The notes beneath the pieces are model-generated. The model had not been told where the DNA came from. It was given only the letters and a program-made list of their open reading frames with translations, and ran no database searches. Both the position numbers and the translations under genes were made by a program. Positions 21,201 to 29,967 of a stretch of DNA of 64,000 nucleotides are shown in pieces. The DNA comes from Vicinamibacteria bacterium (GTDB taxonomy: Bacteria > Acidobacteriota > Vicinamibacteria > Marinacidobacterales > Marinacidobacteraceae), in assembly GCA_963668695.2 (NCBI GenBank), contig CAXXLQ010000004.1:3712001-3776000 (forward strand), written 5' to 3'. Each line of letters opens with the position of its first letter. Positions within the stretch are counted from its first letter, which is position 1.

Positions 21201-22585
21201 TTGACGAGAAGTCCGATAGACAAAGCCAGGATTCACCCTCCGCACCCAAGATGCGCTTCGGACTGACCCGCCGACAGTTGCTGGCCGCCGGGGCCGGAGC
21301 GGCTGTCGTTCCGGCACTCGTCGCCGCCCAGGCCGCACCGGCCTCCCTGCTGGCGGCTCCCAAGATCCCGAACGTCCGTATCGGGTTCGTGGGAGTGGGC
21401 GGGATGGGAACCGTGCACGTCCAGAATCTGCTCGCGGTGGGCAAGGCGTCACCCGGAGTGGAGATCCGGGCGATCTGCGACATCCGTGCGGAACACGCCG
21501 AGCGGGCGCGCGACTTCATCCGCGAGGCGGGAGGGCCGGAACCCACTCTCTACACCCGGGGGGAACGGGACTTCGAACGGATGTGCGCCGAAGAGGACCT
21601 CGACCTCGTCTTCACCGCGACGCCCTGGCGCTTCCACGTCCCGGTGTGCCTCGCCGCCATGGAGAACGGCAAGCACGCCGCCACCGAGGTGCCGGCCGCG
21701 ACCACCATCGAGGAGTGCTGGGCGCTCGTTGAGGCCGCGGAACGCACCGGCCGGCACTGCGTGATGATGGAGAACTGCAACTACGGCCGCTGGGAAATGA
21801 TGGTCTTCCACATGGTCCGACTGGGGATCTTGGGCGAGATCCTCCATGCCGAAGGCGGCTACCTCCACGACCTCCGCGAGGTGAAGTTCGCGGACCGGGG
21901 GGAGGGGCTGTGGCGGCGCGCCCATTCGAGCACCCGGGACGCGAACCTCTACCCGACCCACGGCCTGGGTCCGGTGGCGAACTGCCTGGACATCGGCCGC
22001 GGCGACCGCTTCGACTACCTGGTCTCGATGAGCGGGCCGTCGCGGGGACTTCAGGACTACGCGCGGGAGCACTTCCCCGAGGGGGCGCCGCCGCGGGCGG
22101 AAGAGTTCGTGCTCGGGGACGTGAATCTGAGCCTGATCAAGACCGCCCGCGGCCGCACCATCACCGTGGTCCACGACACGAACCTGCCGCGCCCGTACAG
22201 CCGGATCAACCTGGTCCAGGGCACCCGGGGCATCTTCGCGGGCTACCCGAACCGGGTCTACGTCGAGGGAAGGAGCGAGTCGCACCGCTGGGACGACGCC
22301 GAGAAATGGCGCGAGGAGTACGAGCATCCGCTCTGGCGGAACGTCGCGGGCCCCGGTGAGGAGCTGGGGCACGGCCAGATGGACTACCTTGAGGACTACC
22401 GCCTCGTGCGATGCCTGCAGGAAGGGTTGCCGACCGAAATGAACGTCTACGACGCCGCCGCGCTCTCCGCCGTCATAGACCTCAGCGAACGCTCGGTGGC
22501 CGACCGCAGCCGGCCGATGGACTTCCCGGACTTCACACGGGGCGGCTGGAAAACGTTCCCGAAGCTGCCGGTCGTCACCGACTGA
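21197..22585 (+). CDS. Tat-exported Gfo/Idh/MocA oxidoreductase, GH109 (alpha-N-acetylgalactosaminidase-like)
   Basis: TRRQLL Tat motif; GVGGMG, ATPW, EVPAA, MMENCNY, YPTHGLGP, HDTNLPRPYSR, HGQMD. Confidence 0.9.
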   Translation: MIDEKSDRQSQDSPSAPKMRFGLTRRQLLAAGAGAAVVPALVAAQAAPASLLAAPKIPNVRIGFVGVGGMGTVHVQNLLAVGKASPGVEIRAICDIRAEHAERARDFIREAGGPEPTLYTRGERDFERMCAEEDLDLVFTATPWRFHVPVCLAAMENGKHAATEVPAATTIEECWALVEAAERTGRHCVMMENCNYGRWEMMVFHMVRLGILGEILHAEGGYLHDLREVKFADRGEGLWRRAHSSTRDANLYPTHGLGPVANCLDIGRGDRFDYLVSMSGPSRGLQDYAREHFPEGAPPRAEEFVLGDVNLSLIKTARGRTITVVHDTNLPRPYSRINLVQGTRGIFAGYPNRVYVEGRSESHRWDDAEKWREEYEHPLWRNVAGPGEELGHGQMDYLEDYRLVRCLQEGLPTEMNVYDAAALSAVIDLSERSVADRSRPMDFPDFTRGGWKTFPKLPVVTD

Positions 22586-22606
22586 AGCCGCTCGTCGCCG
22601 CGATTC

Positions 22607-22720
22607 GGCCCCCTCGGGCGCGCCAGCCAAATCCCCATCGGCCCGGTCATTCAATGCCGGGAAGCAAACCAAACGCAGTTTCCACAATCACCGGCCTACA
22701 CACGGAATTTCTGACAGTCC
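22607..22720 (+). mobile_element. Orphan right end of the IS256-family element
   Basis: ~115 bp closely matching 61408-61522 and ending in the IR ACACGGAATTTCTGACAGTCC. Confidence 0.85.
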
Positions 22721-22721
22721 T

Positions 22722-23530
22722 GCAGATCCCGGAATTGACGCATGCCCGGCTCGGCAGACCCCGGAATTGACCCATGCTCAGCCCGGCAGATCCCGGAATT
22801 GACGCATGCCCGGCCCGGCAGATCCCGGAATTGACGCATGCCCGGCTCGGCAGATCCCGGAATTGACCCATGCTCGGCTCGGCAGATCCCGGAATTGACC
22901 CATGCCCAGCTCGGCAAATCCCGGAATTGACGCATGCTCGGCCCGGCAGACCCCGGAATTGACCCATGCTCGGCCCGGCAGACCCCGGAATTGACGCATG
23001 CTCGGCTCGGCAGACCCCGGATTTGACGCATGCCCGGCTCGGCAGACCCCGGAATTGACGCATGCCCGGCCCGGCAAATCCCGGAATTGACGCATGCCCG
23101 GCCCGGCACACCCCGGAATTGACGCATGCCCGGCCCGGCACACCCCGGAATTGACCCATGCCCGGCCCGGCACACCCCGGAATTGACCCATGCTTGGCCC
23201 GGCAGACCCCGGAATTGACCCATGCTCGGCCCGGCACACCCCGGAATTGACCCATGCTCCGGCCAGCCGGCCCCGGAATTGACCCATGCTCGGCCCGGCA
23301 GACCCCGGAATTGACCCATGCTCGGCCCGGCACACCCCGGAATTGACCCATGCTCGGCCCGGCAGACCCCGGAATTGACGCATGCCCGGCCCGGCACACC
23401 CCGGAATTGACGCATGCCCGGCTCGCAGATCCCGGAATTGACGCATGCCCAGCTCGACAAATCCCGGAATTGACGCATGCCCGGCCCGGCAGACCCCGGA
23501 ATTGACGCATGCTCCGGCCAGCCGGCCCCG
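22722..23530. repeat. Minisatellite, 25 copies of a 32-bp unit
   Basis: Consensus GCAGA(T/C)CCCGGAATTGAC(G/C)CATGC(C/T)CGGC(C/T)CG; GGAATTGA core (one GGATTTGA) counted 25 times at 32-bp spacing, with one 31-bp unit. Confidence 0.95.
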
Positions 23531-23575
23531 AAAGGGAAACCAGCCGGGGCTGCCAGACTGGCCGGCGCCGGGCGC

Positions 23576-24985
23576 TCAGTCCTCCTGTCCCGGGCCGGGC
23601 CGGACGCGGGTTTCGGGGGGCGTCGGCTGGACCGTCCCGTTCCGGACCACCCAGTAGCCGTCCCGGAAGACTTCCGCGACGTTGGCGAGCGCGCCCAGGT
23701 CAGTGAGCGGATCCCCTTCCACGATCAGGATGTCAGCCAGTTTCCCGACCTCGAGGGTGCCTAGCTTGTCGTCCATTCCGAGCACCTTCGCGCTGTCCCG
23801 GGTGGCGGCGACAAGCGCCTCCGCCGGGGTGAACCCACTCTCCACGTACGCCTCCAGCTCCCAGATGTAGGCGTAGGGCAGATCCCGGAAGTTCTCCACG
23901 ATCAGGTCGGTTCCCACCCCGATCAGGACGCCGGCGTCCTTGAGCTCGCGCAGCATCGCCCGGCTGATCTCTCCGTCCAGCTCGAAGCGCCTCGACGTCG
24001 AGCTGTGGTAGCTGCCGCGCTCGTTGAAGATGTAGTCGTAGGTGATGATCGTGGGCACCGACGCCGTGCCGCGCCGCGCCATCATCTGGACCACCTCGTC
24101 GGTACGCGGCAGCGGGTGCTCGATGGTGTCGGCGCCCGCCTCGACGGCCCAGCCGGTGTAGAACGTCTCCGAGTCCACGGTGACCTTGAGGCCGAGCGCG
24201 TGGGCCTCGTCCACCGCGGCGGCGATCTCTTCCTGGCTGAAGTGGCTCGCGATCTTGATGAGGTCGGCGCCCTTCTTGAACTGTTGGCGGACGGCGTCGC
24301 GGAATTCGTCGGGCCCGGAGGCTTCGACGATCCCGCCGTAGAGCGCATGGTGGATCGAATACCCCTCGGCGCCGTGACCGCCGGTCCCGGTGATGAGCGA
24401 TCCCGCGGCGAAGACCCGCGGCCCGGGCAGGCGGTTCGCGTTCACCCAGTCCTTGACGATGAAGGGCACGGTCCCCGCCGAGCCCGTGTCCCGAATCGAG
24501 GTGATCCCCGAGCCGATGAAGACGTGCAGCCGCTCCATCGCCCGGAGCGTCTGGTGGGCCGGATCAATCGCAAGCGGCTGCGGTATTCCCGGCTCGGTGT
24601 AGGTGAGATGCGTGTGGAGATCGATCAGCCCCGGCAGGACGGTGTGGCCGGAAACGTCGAGCACCATGGCGTCCTCCGGCCAGCCGGTTTCCCCTTCCGC
24701 CAGGACGGCCGCGATCCGGTTGCGCTCGATGACGAGCGTGCCCACTCGGGAATCGGCGCCCGTGCCGTCGAAGACAAAGCCGCCGGAGAGGACGGTCGTC
24801 CCTTCGGGGCCGCGCGCACCGGGCGGCGCGGGAACCCGGCGCGGGTCGTCCGAGGTCTGGATGTCGTTCAGGAATTGGCGCCGGTCCACGACCTGGCGCT
24901 GGGGCTCGGGGGGTTGGGCGAAGGCAAGTGGGGCCACGAGGGAGAAGAGGAACGCAGTGGCGACGATCACGCGAGCAGGGGACAT
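23576..24985 (-). CDS. Secreted metal-dependent amidohydrolase
   Basis: Signal peptide; LPGLIDLHTH, GITSIRD, TGTGGHG, IEH, GTD, GTLEVGKLAD. Confidence 0.9.
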   Translation of the reverse strand: MSPARVIVATAFLFSLVAPLAFAQPPEPQRQVVDRRQFLNDIQTSDDPRRVPAPPGARGPEGTTVLSGGFVFDGTGADSRVGTLVIERNRIAAVLAEGETGWPEDAMVLDVSGHTVLPGLIDLHTHLTYTEPGIPQPLAIDPAHQTLRAMERLHVFIGSGITSIRDTGSAGTVPFIVKDWVNANRLPGPRVFAAGSLITGTGGHGAEGYSIHHALYGGIVEASGPDEFRDAVRQQFKKGADLIKIASHFSQEEIAAAVDEAHALGLKVTVDSETFYTGWAVEAGADTIEHPLPRTDEVVQMMARRGTASVPTIITYDYIFNERGSYHSSTSRRFELDGEISRAMLRELKDAGVLIGVGTDLIVENFRDLPYAYIWELEAYVESGFTPAEALVAATRDSAKVLGMDDKLGTLEVGKLADILIVEGDPLTDLGALANVAEVFRDGYWVVRNGTVQPTPPETRVRPGPGQED

Positions 24986-25144
24986 GGGGAACTCCTTGGC
25001 GGCCGACCGGCCGGCCGGACTATTCTCGCCGGTAGGAGCGGTCGCGGCCGCGCGGCGCCCGAGTCAGGACGGCCCGCGGCTGGGAAGTCGGGCATTCGTG
25101 CTTCTGATTGACGGGAGGCGCCGGCGCCGGAACAATGCTGCTTC

Positions 25145-26167
25145 GTGTTCGGCAAACCCTGGTCCCTCGGCGTGAGGCGCGCGAAGGTGCGGACGACCGG
25201 CGGCAGGCTTCGAGTGCCGGTTCGCTTCTGGGTTTCGTCCGTCAGCCGCTTCCTCGCTCTTCTTGTGGGGGTAGTGGTCGCGGGCTGCGCCTACGGGCCG
25301 TCGGGCTCCGGGCCGGCCCAGGCCGAACCGGCAAAGGCGAAGGTGCTACTGATCGGAATTGATGGGGTGCGGCCCGACGTGATGGCCGAGGTGCCGACTC
25401 CAAATCTCGACGCTCTCGCCGGAGGGGGCCGGTTCATCACCGACGCGCAGACGACGACCCCCTCGGTGAGCGGGCCGGCCTGGTCGTCCATGCTGACCGG
25501 CGTCTGGCCCGACAAGCACGGCGTCACGGACAACGAGTTCACCGGGAAGCGATATGACGAGTTTCCCGATTTCCTGACGCGTATCGAGCAGGTGCGCCCC
25601 GAACTGGCGACGGTGGCCATCGCGGATTGGATGCCGCTGGTCCGGGCCGAAGAGGGGAGCGCCACCATCAGCGACGCCGTTGACGTGAAGCACGCGCTCG
25701 ACGGCTACCAGCTCGGATGGGCCGAGGCGGACGGCCGAGCGGCAGCGCTCGCGGTCGAGCTGCTCACCCAGTCCGACCCGGATGCGCTCTTCGTTTACCT
25801 CGGCCACGCCGACGAGGCGAGTCATGAGCACGACTCGATCGGTGAGGAATACCGCGCGGCGATCGCGCTTGCCGACCGGCATGTGGGGGAGATCGTCGCG
25901 GCGGTGCGAGCCCGCGCGTCATTCGCAAGCGAGGATTGGCTGATCCTGTGCAGCACCGACCACGGCCGCCGAGCCGACGGCGGGCATGGCGGAGACAGCC
26001 CGGAGGAAATGACGATCTTCGTGATCGCGAGCGGCGCCGGGTCGGCGACCGCCCCCATCCCGAATGGTGTCGGGATCGTGGACGTAGCGGTGACGGCGCT
26101 CACCCATCTCGGACTCGCCATCGAACCCGAGTGGGAGCTGGACGGAAAGTCGCTGCTGGATCCTTGA
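25145..26167 (+). CDS. Alkaline phosphatase superfamily / nucleotide pyrophosphatase lipoprotein (start uncertain)
   Basis: Lipobox VAGC; IGIDGVR, SVSGPAWSSMLTG, DEASH, STDHG, HGG. Confidence 0.87.
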   Translation: MFGKPWSLGVRRAKVRTTGGRLRVPVRFWVSSVSRFLALLVGVVVAGCAYGPSGSGPAQAEPAKAKVLLIGIDGVRPDVMAEVPTPNLDALAGGGRFITDAQTTTPSVSGPAWSSMLTGVWPDKHGVTDNEFTGKRYDEFPDFLTRIEQVRPELATVAIADWMPLVRAEEGSATISDAVDVKHALDGYQLGWAEADGRAAALAVELLTQSDPDALFVYLGHADEASHEHDSIGEEYRAAIALADRHVGEIVAAVRARASFASEDWLILCSTDHGRRADGGHGGDSPEEMTIFVIASGAGSATAPIPNGVGIVDVAVTALTHLGLAIEPEWELDGKSLLDP

Positions 26168-26215
26168 CCGAGGGGGCGCAGCGCCATCGGGGCTGGTTTC
26201 GCGCTGCGCGCGGCG

Positions 26216-26317
26216 GTGCCGGGCTCCACTGGGAGAACTGCCCGGAGGTCGGCGTTCCCGTGCCTCCGCGCCACCCGTGCCGGCCGGAGGCCGGCCCAGT
26301 TCTCCCGGTGGGCGTTC
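26216..26317. repeat. Pair of REP-like palindromes, each interrupted by the micro-insert
   Basis: GTGCCGG[..]CCGGAGGTCGGCGTTCCC and GTGCCGGCCGGAGGCCGGC[..]GTTCC between convergent genes. Confidence 0.6.
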
Positions 26318-26367
26318 CGCTGTCGCCCGCGTTTCACGTGGGTCGGCGGTCCCCCGCCGCCGGCACG

Positions 26368-27420
26368 CTACAGCGCTGCCAGGACGATGTCGGTGATGTC
26401 GGTGGTGCCGGCGGAGCCGCCCAGGTCGCGCGGCAGGACCGAACCCAGCAGGCAAGCGGTAACCGCCGCCTCGATGGCCGCTGCCTCCTGTTTCAGTCCG
26501 AACGACAATTCCAGCATCATGGCGGCCGAGGAGATGGCCCCCAGCGGATTCGCGATCCCCTGCCCCGCGATGTCCGGCGCGGAGCCGTGGACCGGCTCGT
26601 AGAGGCCGCCGCCCTCACCCACGCTGGCGGAGGGCAGGAGGCCGAGCGATCCGGCCAGCACCGAAGCCTCGTCGCTGAGGATGTCCCCGAACATGTTGCC
26701 GGTCAGGATCACGTCGAACTGGCTCGGGTCCCGGATGATCTCCATCGCCGCCCGGTCCACGTACATGTGGTCGAGGCGCACCGCCGGATATTCCGATGCA
26801 AGCCCGGCGACCACCTCGCGCCAAAGCTGCGACGACTCCAGCACGTTCGCCTTGTCCACCGACAGCAGGAGACCGCGGCGCCGGCCGGCTGCCTTGAAAG
26901 CCACCCGGGCGATCCGCTCGATCTCGCGCGCCTCGTAGCGGAGGGTGTTGATGCCGACCCGCTGGCCGCCCTCCTCGCGGATTCCGCGCGGCTCGCCGTA
27001 GTAGATGCCGCCGGTGAGCTCCCGCACGATGAGCAGGTCCGTCCCCTTGATCGCTTCCGGGCGGAACGGTGAGCTGTCGAGCACGCGAATCACCTTGATC
27101 GGACGGAGGTTCGCGTAGGCGCCGAGCATCCGGCGAAGCTCCAGCAGCGCGCGCTCCGGACGGTCGGCGGCGGGCAGGACATCGTGGCGCGGATCGCCGA
27201 CCGCTCCCAGCAGGATTGCCCGGGCTCCGGCGCAGGCGATCCGGGTCTCTTCGGGGAATCCGGTCCCCGTTCGGTCCCAGGCCGCTCCCGCGAAGTCGTG
27301 GTGCTCGACGAGGAGGCGGTGGCCGAAGCGTTCGGCCACCCGTTCCAGCACGCGTTCGGCTTCAGCCACCACGTCGGGGCCGATGCCGTCCCCGGGCAGA
27401 CAGATTACGGGCAGATCCAT
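26368..27420 (-). CDS. leuB: 3-isopropylmalate dehydrogenase
   Basis: LPGDGIGPDV, NLRP, IVRELTGGIYYG, VDKANVL, NMFGDILSDEA, YEPVHGSAPDIAG. Confidence 0.96.
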   Translation of the reverse strand: MDLPVICLPGDGIGPDVVAEAERVLERVAERFGHRLLVEHHDFAGAAWDRTGTGFPEETRIACAGARAILLGAVGDPRHDVLPAADRPERALLELRRMLGAYANLRPIKVIRVLDSSPFRPEAIKGTDLLIVRELTGGIYYGEPRGIREEGGQRVGINTLRYEAREIERIARVAFKAAGRRRGLLLSVDKANVLESSQLWREVVAGLASEYPAVRLDHMYVDRAAMEIIRDPSQFDVILTGNMFGDILSDEASVLAGSLGLLPSASVGEGGGLYEPVHGSAPDIAGQGIANPLGAISSAAMMLELSFGLKQEAAAIEAAVTACLLGSVLPRDLGGSAGTTDITDIVLAAL

Positions 27421-27479
27421 GGTGGGCGGGGATGGTAATCGCCCACCGATTCGCGGTGCCCCGTCATAGACTCACGCGA

Positions 27480-28205
27480 ATGGCCATGGCCACGGCCCCG
27501 AAGCTGACCGTCTGGGAAAACCTCCGCCGCTATCTGCTTCGCGGTTTCCTCGTCTGGATCCCGCTGGCGGCGGTGTTTCTGGTGGGCCGGCTGATCTACT
27601 CGATCATCCAGTCCTGGTTCTTTCCCTCCCTCCCCTGGGAGCCTCGGCTCACCGCGCTGGGCGTGGTGATCGTGGTGCTCGTGTTGACCGGTTGGGGAGT
27701 CTCGAGGTTCGGGGTCGCCCGGCTCGTCCTGCGGGCAGTGGTGGAACGCCCGCTCAGCCGGATTCCGGTAGCGCGCTGGATCTATTCGGGCGTGCGCGAG
27801 TTGCTGGAGGCGCTCTTCACCTCAGGCGACGCGTTCGGGAAGGTCGTCCTCATCGAGTATCCGCGGCGCGGCGTCTACAGCATCGCGTTCCAGATGGCGA
27901 GTGAACTCGGTGAAGTGCAGCACCGGGTCCGCCAGCGGATCGCAGAGCGGACCGGTACAGGTGCCTCGACCGAACCCGGCGAAACCGATGCCGGCCCGCG
28001 TGAAGTCATGGCGGTCTTCGTCCCCACCACCCCGAATCCGACCTCGGGTTTCGTGATCACGCTCCCCAAGGAAGACGTGATCGAGCTTTCCATGAGCCGG
28101 CAGCAGGCCCTCCAGATGGTCATCTCGCTCGGAGTGGTCGTGCCCGAGTGGCAAAAGGACCAGTTGGACGGGGAGCCCCCCCCGCCTCCGGAACCGACCT
28201 CCTAA
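27480..28205 (+). CDS. DUF502 domain membrane protein
   Basis: IPVARWIY, VVLIEYPRRG, VFVPTTPNPTSGF, VISLG. Confidence 0.9.
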   Translation: MAMATAPKLTVWENLRRYLLRGFLVWIPLAAVFLVGRLIYSIIQSWFFPSLPWEPRLTALGVVIVVLVLTGWGVSRFGVARLVLRAVVERPLSRIPVARWIYSGVRELLEALFTSGDAFGKVVLIEYPRRGVYSIAFQMASELGEVQHRVRQRIAERTGTGASTEPGETDAGPREVMAVFVPTTPNPTSGFVITLPKEDVIELSMSRQQALQMVISLGVVVPEWQKDQLDGEPPPPPEPTS

Positions 28206-28403
28206 CAGCCTGTGGTGAAACCCACGTGAGCGCCGAGCCTGGCCAGTTCTCCCGGTGGGGGCGAGGCGCCCGGCTGACAAGGCGCGTGAGGGAGGAATAC
28301 CGAGTGTATTGCGACCGAAACGCAACGCAGAACGGAGCGAAGCGGAGTGGTTCAGCGGGGATGCATCGCCGGGCGAACGCCGCGTGGGTTTTGCCACAGG
28401 CTG
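28206..28403. mobile_element. MITE copy 3, directly after the DUF502 TAA, with 1 micro-insert
   Basis: CAGCCTGTGGTGAAACCCACG...CGTGGGTTTTGCCACAGGCTG; flanks CTAA/TCAA. Confidence 0.85.
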
Positions 28404-28481
28404 TCAAGGCTCCGCCTGAGCGCGGGCGGCTCGGAAGCCTTTCTGGGAAGCCTTTCTTCGAAGCCTTTCTTGGCGCGCCGC

Positions 28482-29840
28482 TCAGACGACGCCCTGGTCC
28501 ATCATGGCGTCGGCGACCTTGAAGAACCCGGCGATGTTGGCGCCGACCACGTAGTTCCCGACCGCGTCGAATCGCTCCGACGCCTTGATGCAGGCGTCGT
28601 GGATCTCGAACATGATGTCGCTCAGCCGGTGGTCCACCACCTCGCGCTTCCACTGGATCATCCCGATGTTCTGGGCCATCTCGAGGCCCGACACGGCGAC
28701 GCCGCCGGCGTTCGCGGCCTTCCCGGGCCCGTAGAGGATCTTGGCGGCGACGAACTGGTCCACCGCGTCCGGCACCGACGGCATGTTGGCGCCCTCCGAG
28801 ACCAGGAAGCAGCCGTTCGCGAGCAGATTCGCGGCGTCCTTGCTGCTGACCTCGTTCTCCGTGGCGCACGGGAAGGCGCAGTCGGCGGGAATGGCCCAGA
28901 GCGGGTTGTGATCCGCCCCCGGATCGGACTCGTAGTAACTCACGCCCGGGAATTTCGCGGCGTATTCCCGAATCCGGCCGCGCCGGACGTTTTTGAGTTC
29001 CATCACCCAGGCCAGTTTTTCGGCGTCGATGCCGTCCGGGTCGTGGACGAAGCCGCTCGAGTCCGAAAGGGTCACCGCCTTCGCCTCGAGGTCGTTCAGT
29101 TTTTCCACCGTGTACTGGGCGACGTTCCCGCTGCCGGAGACAAGACAGGTCTTCCCGTGGAGGCCGTCGTTGCGGGTGGCGAGCATCTCCTGGGCGAAAT
29201 ACACCGCCCCGTAGCCGGTGGCCTCCGGCCGGATCAGCGATCCGCCCCAGCCCGGTCCCTTGCCGGTGAGCGTCCCGGTGAACTCGTTGGCAAGCCGCTT
29301 GTACTGGCCGAAGAGGAAGCCGATCTCGCGTCCGCCGACCCCGATGTCCCCCGCCGGAACGTCCGTGTAGGGGCCGATGTGGCGCTGCAACTCCGTCATG
29401 AAAGACTGGCAAAAGCGCATGACCTCCAGGTCGCTCTTGCCTTTCGGATCGAAATCCGAGCCGCCCTTGCCGCCGCCCAGCGGCAGCGTGGTAAGGGAGT
29501 TCTTGAACATCTGCTCGAAAGCGAGGAACTTGAGAATCGAGGCGTTGACCGAAGGATGAAAACGGAGCCCTCCCTTGTAGGGCCCGATCGCGCTGCTCAT
29601 CTCGATCCGGAAACCGCGGTTCACCTGGACATCTCCGGCGTCGTCCACCCAGGGGACCCGGAACGTCACCACCCGCTCGGGCTCCACCATCCGGTCGAGG
29701 ACGCGGGCGGCGCGGTACTCGGGATGGCGTTCGATGACGACGGCGACGGATTCGACGACTTCGCGGACCGCCTGGTTGAACTCGGGCTCGGCCGGGTTCC
29801 GCGCCGCTACCTGATTCAGTACGGATTCAATGTAGTTCAT
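28482..29840 (-). CDS. gdhA: NADP-specific glutamate dehydrogenase
   Basis: GPYKGGLRFHPSVN, GGGKGGSDFDP, DVPAGDIGVG, RPEATGYG, SGSGNVA, GKAANAGGV. Confidence 0.97.
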   Translation of the reverse strand: MNYIESVLNQVAARNPAEPEFNQAVREVVESVAVVIERHPEYRAARVLDRMVEPERVVTFRVPWVDDAGDVQVNRGFRIEMSSAIGPYKGGLRFHPSVNASILKFLAFEQMFKNSLTTLPLGGGKGGSDFDPKGKSDLEVMRFCQSFMTELQRHIGPYTDVPAGDIGVGGREIGFLFGQYKRLANEFTGTLTGKGPGWGGSLIRPEATGYGAVYFAQEMLATRNDGLHGKTCLVSGSGNVAQYTVEKLNDLEAKAVTLSDSSGFVHDPDGIDAEKLAWVMELKNVRRGRIREYAAKFPGVSYYESDPGADHNPLWAIPADCAFPCATENEVSSKDAANLLANGCFLVSEGANMPSVPDAVDQFVAAKILYGPGKAANAGGVAVSGLEMAQNIGMIQWKREVVDHRLSDIMFEIHDACIKASERFDAVGNYVVGANIAGFFKVADAMMDQGVV

Positions 29841-29967
29841 GGACCCTCCGGCCAATTTGGGCGCGGATTGTAGGGTGCGGAAGGCTCTCCGGTACCGCGA
29901 TCTTCGCGAATGGCCGCCCTCGCGCTCCGGCGAGAAGGCCGCCGGAGAGTGACACACTAGGAATTCA

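Noticed and set aside
22647-23510. Three 220-290 aa minus-strand ORFs over the 32-bp array
   Set aside because: All three frames are open only because the unit lacks stops; no RBS or domain signal, so likely spurious.
22722-23530. CRISPR or guide-RNA array
   Set aside because: Units are contiguous and differ only by point substitutions; there are no unique spacers and no cas or other effector gene nearby.
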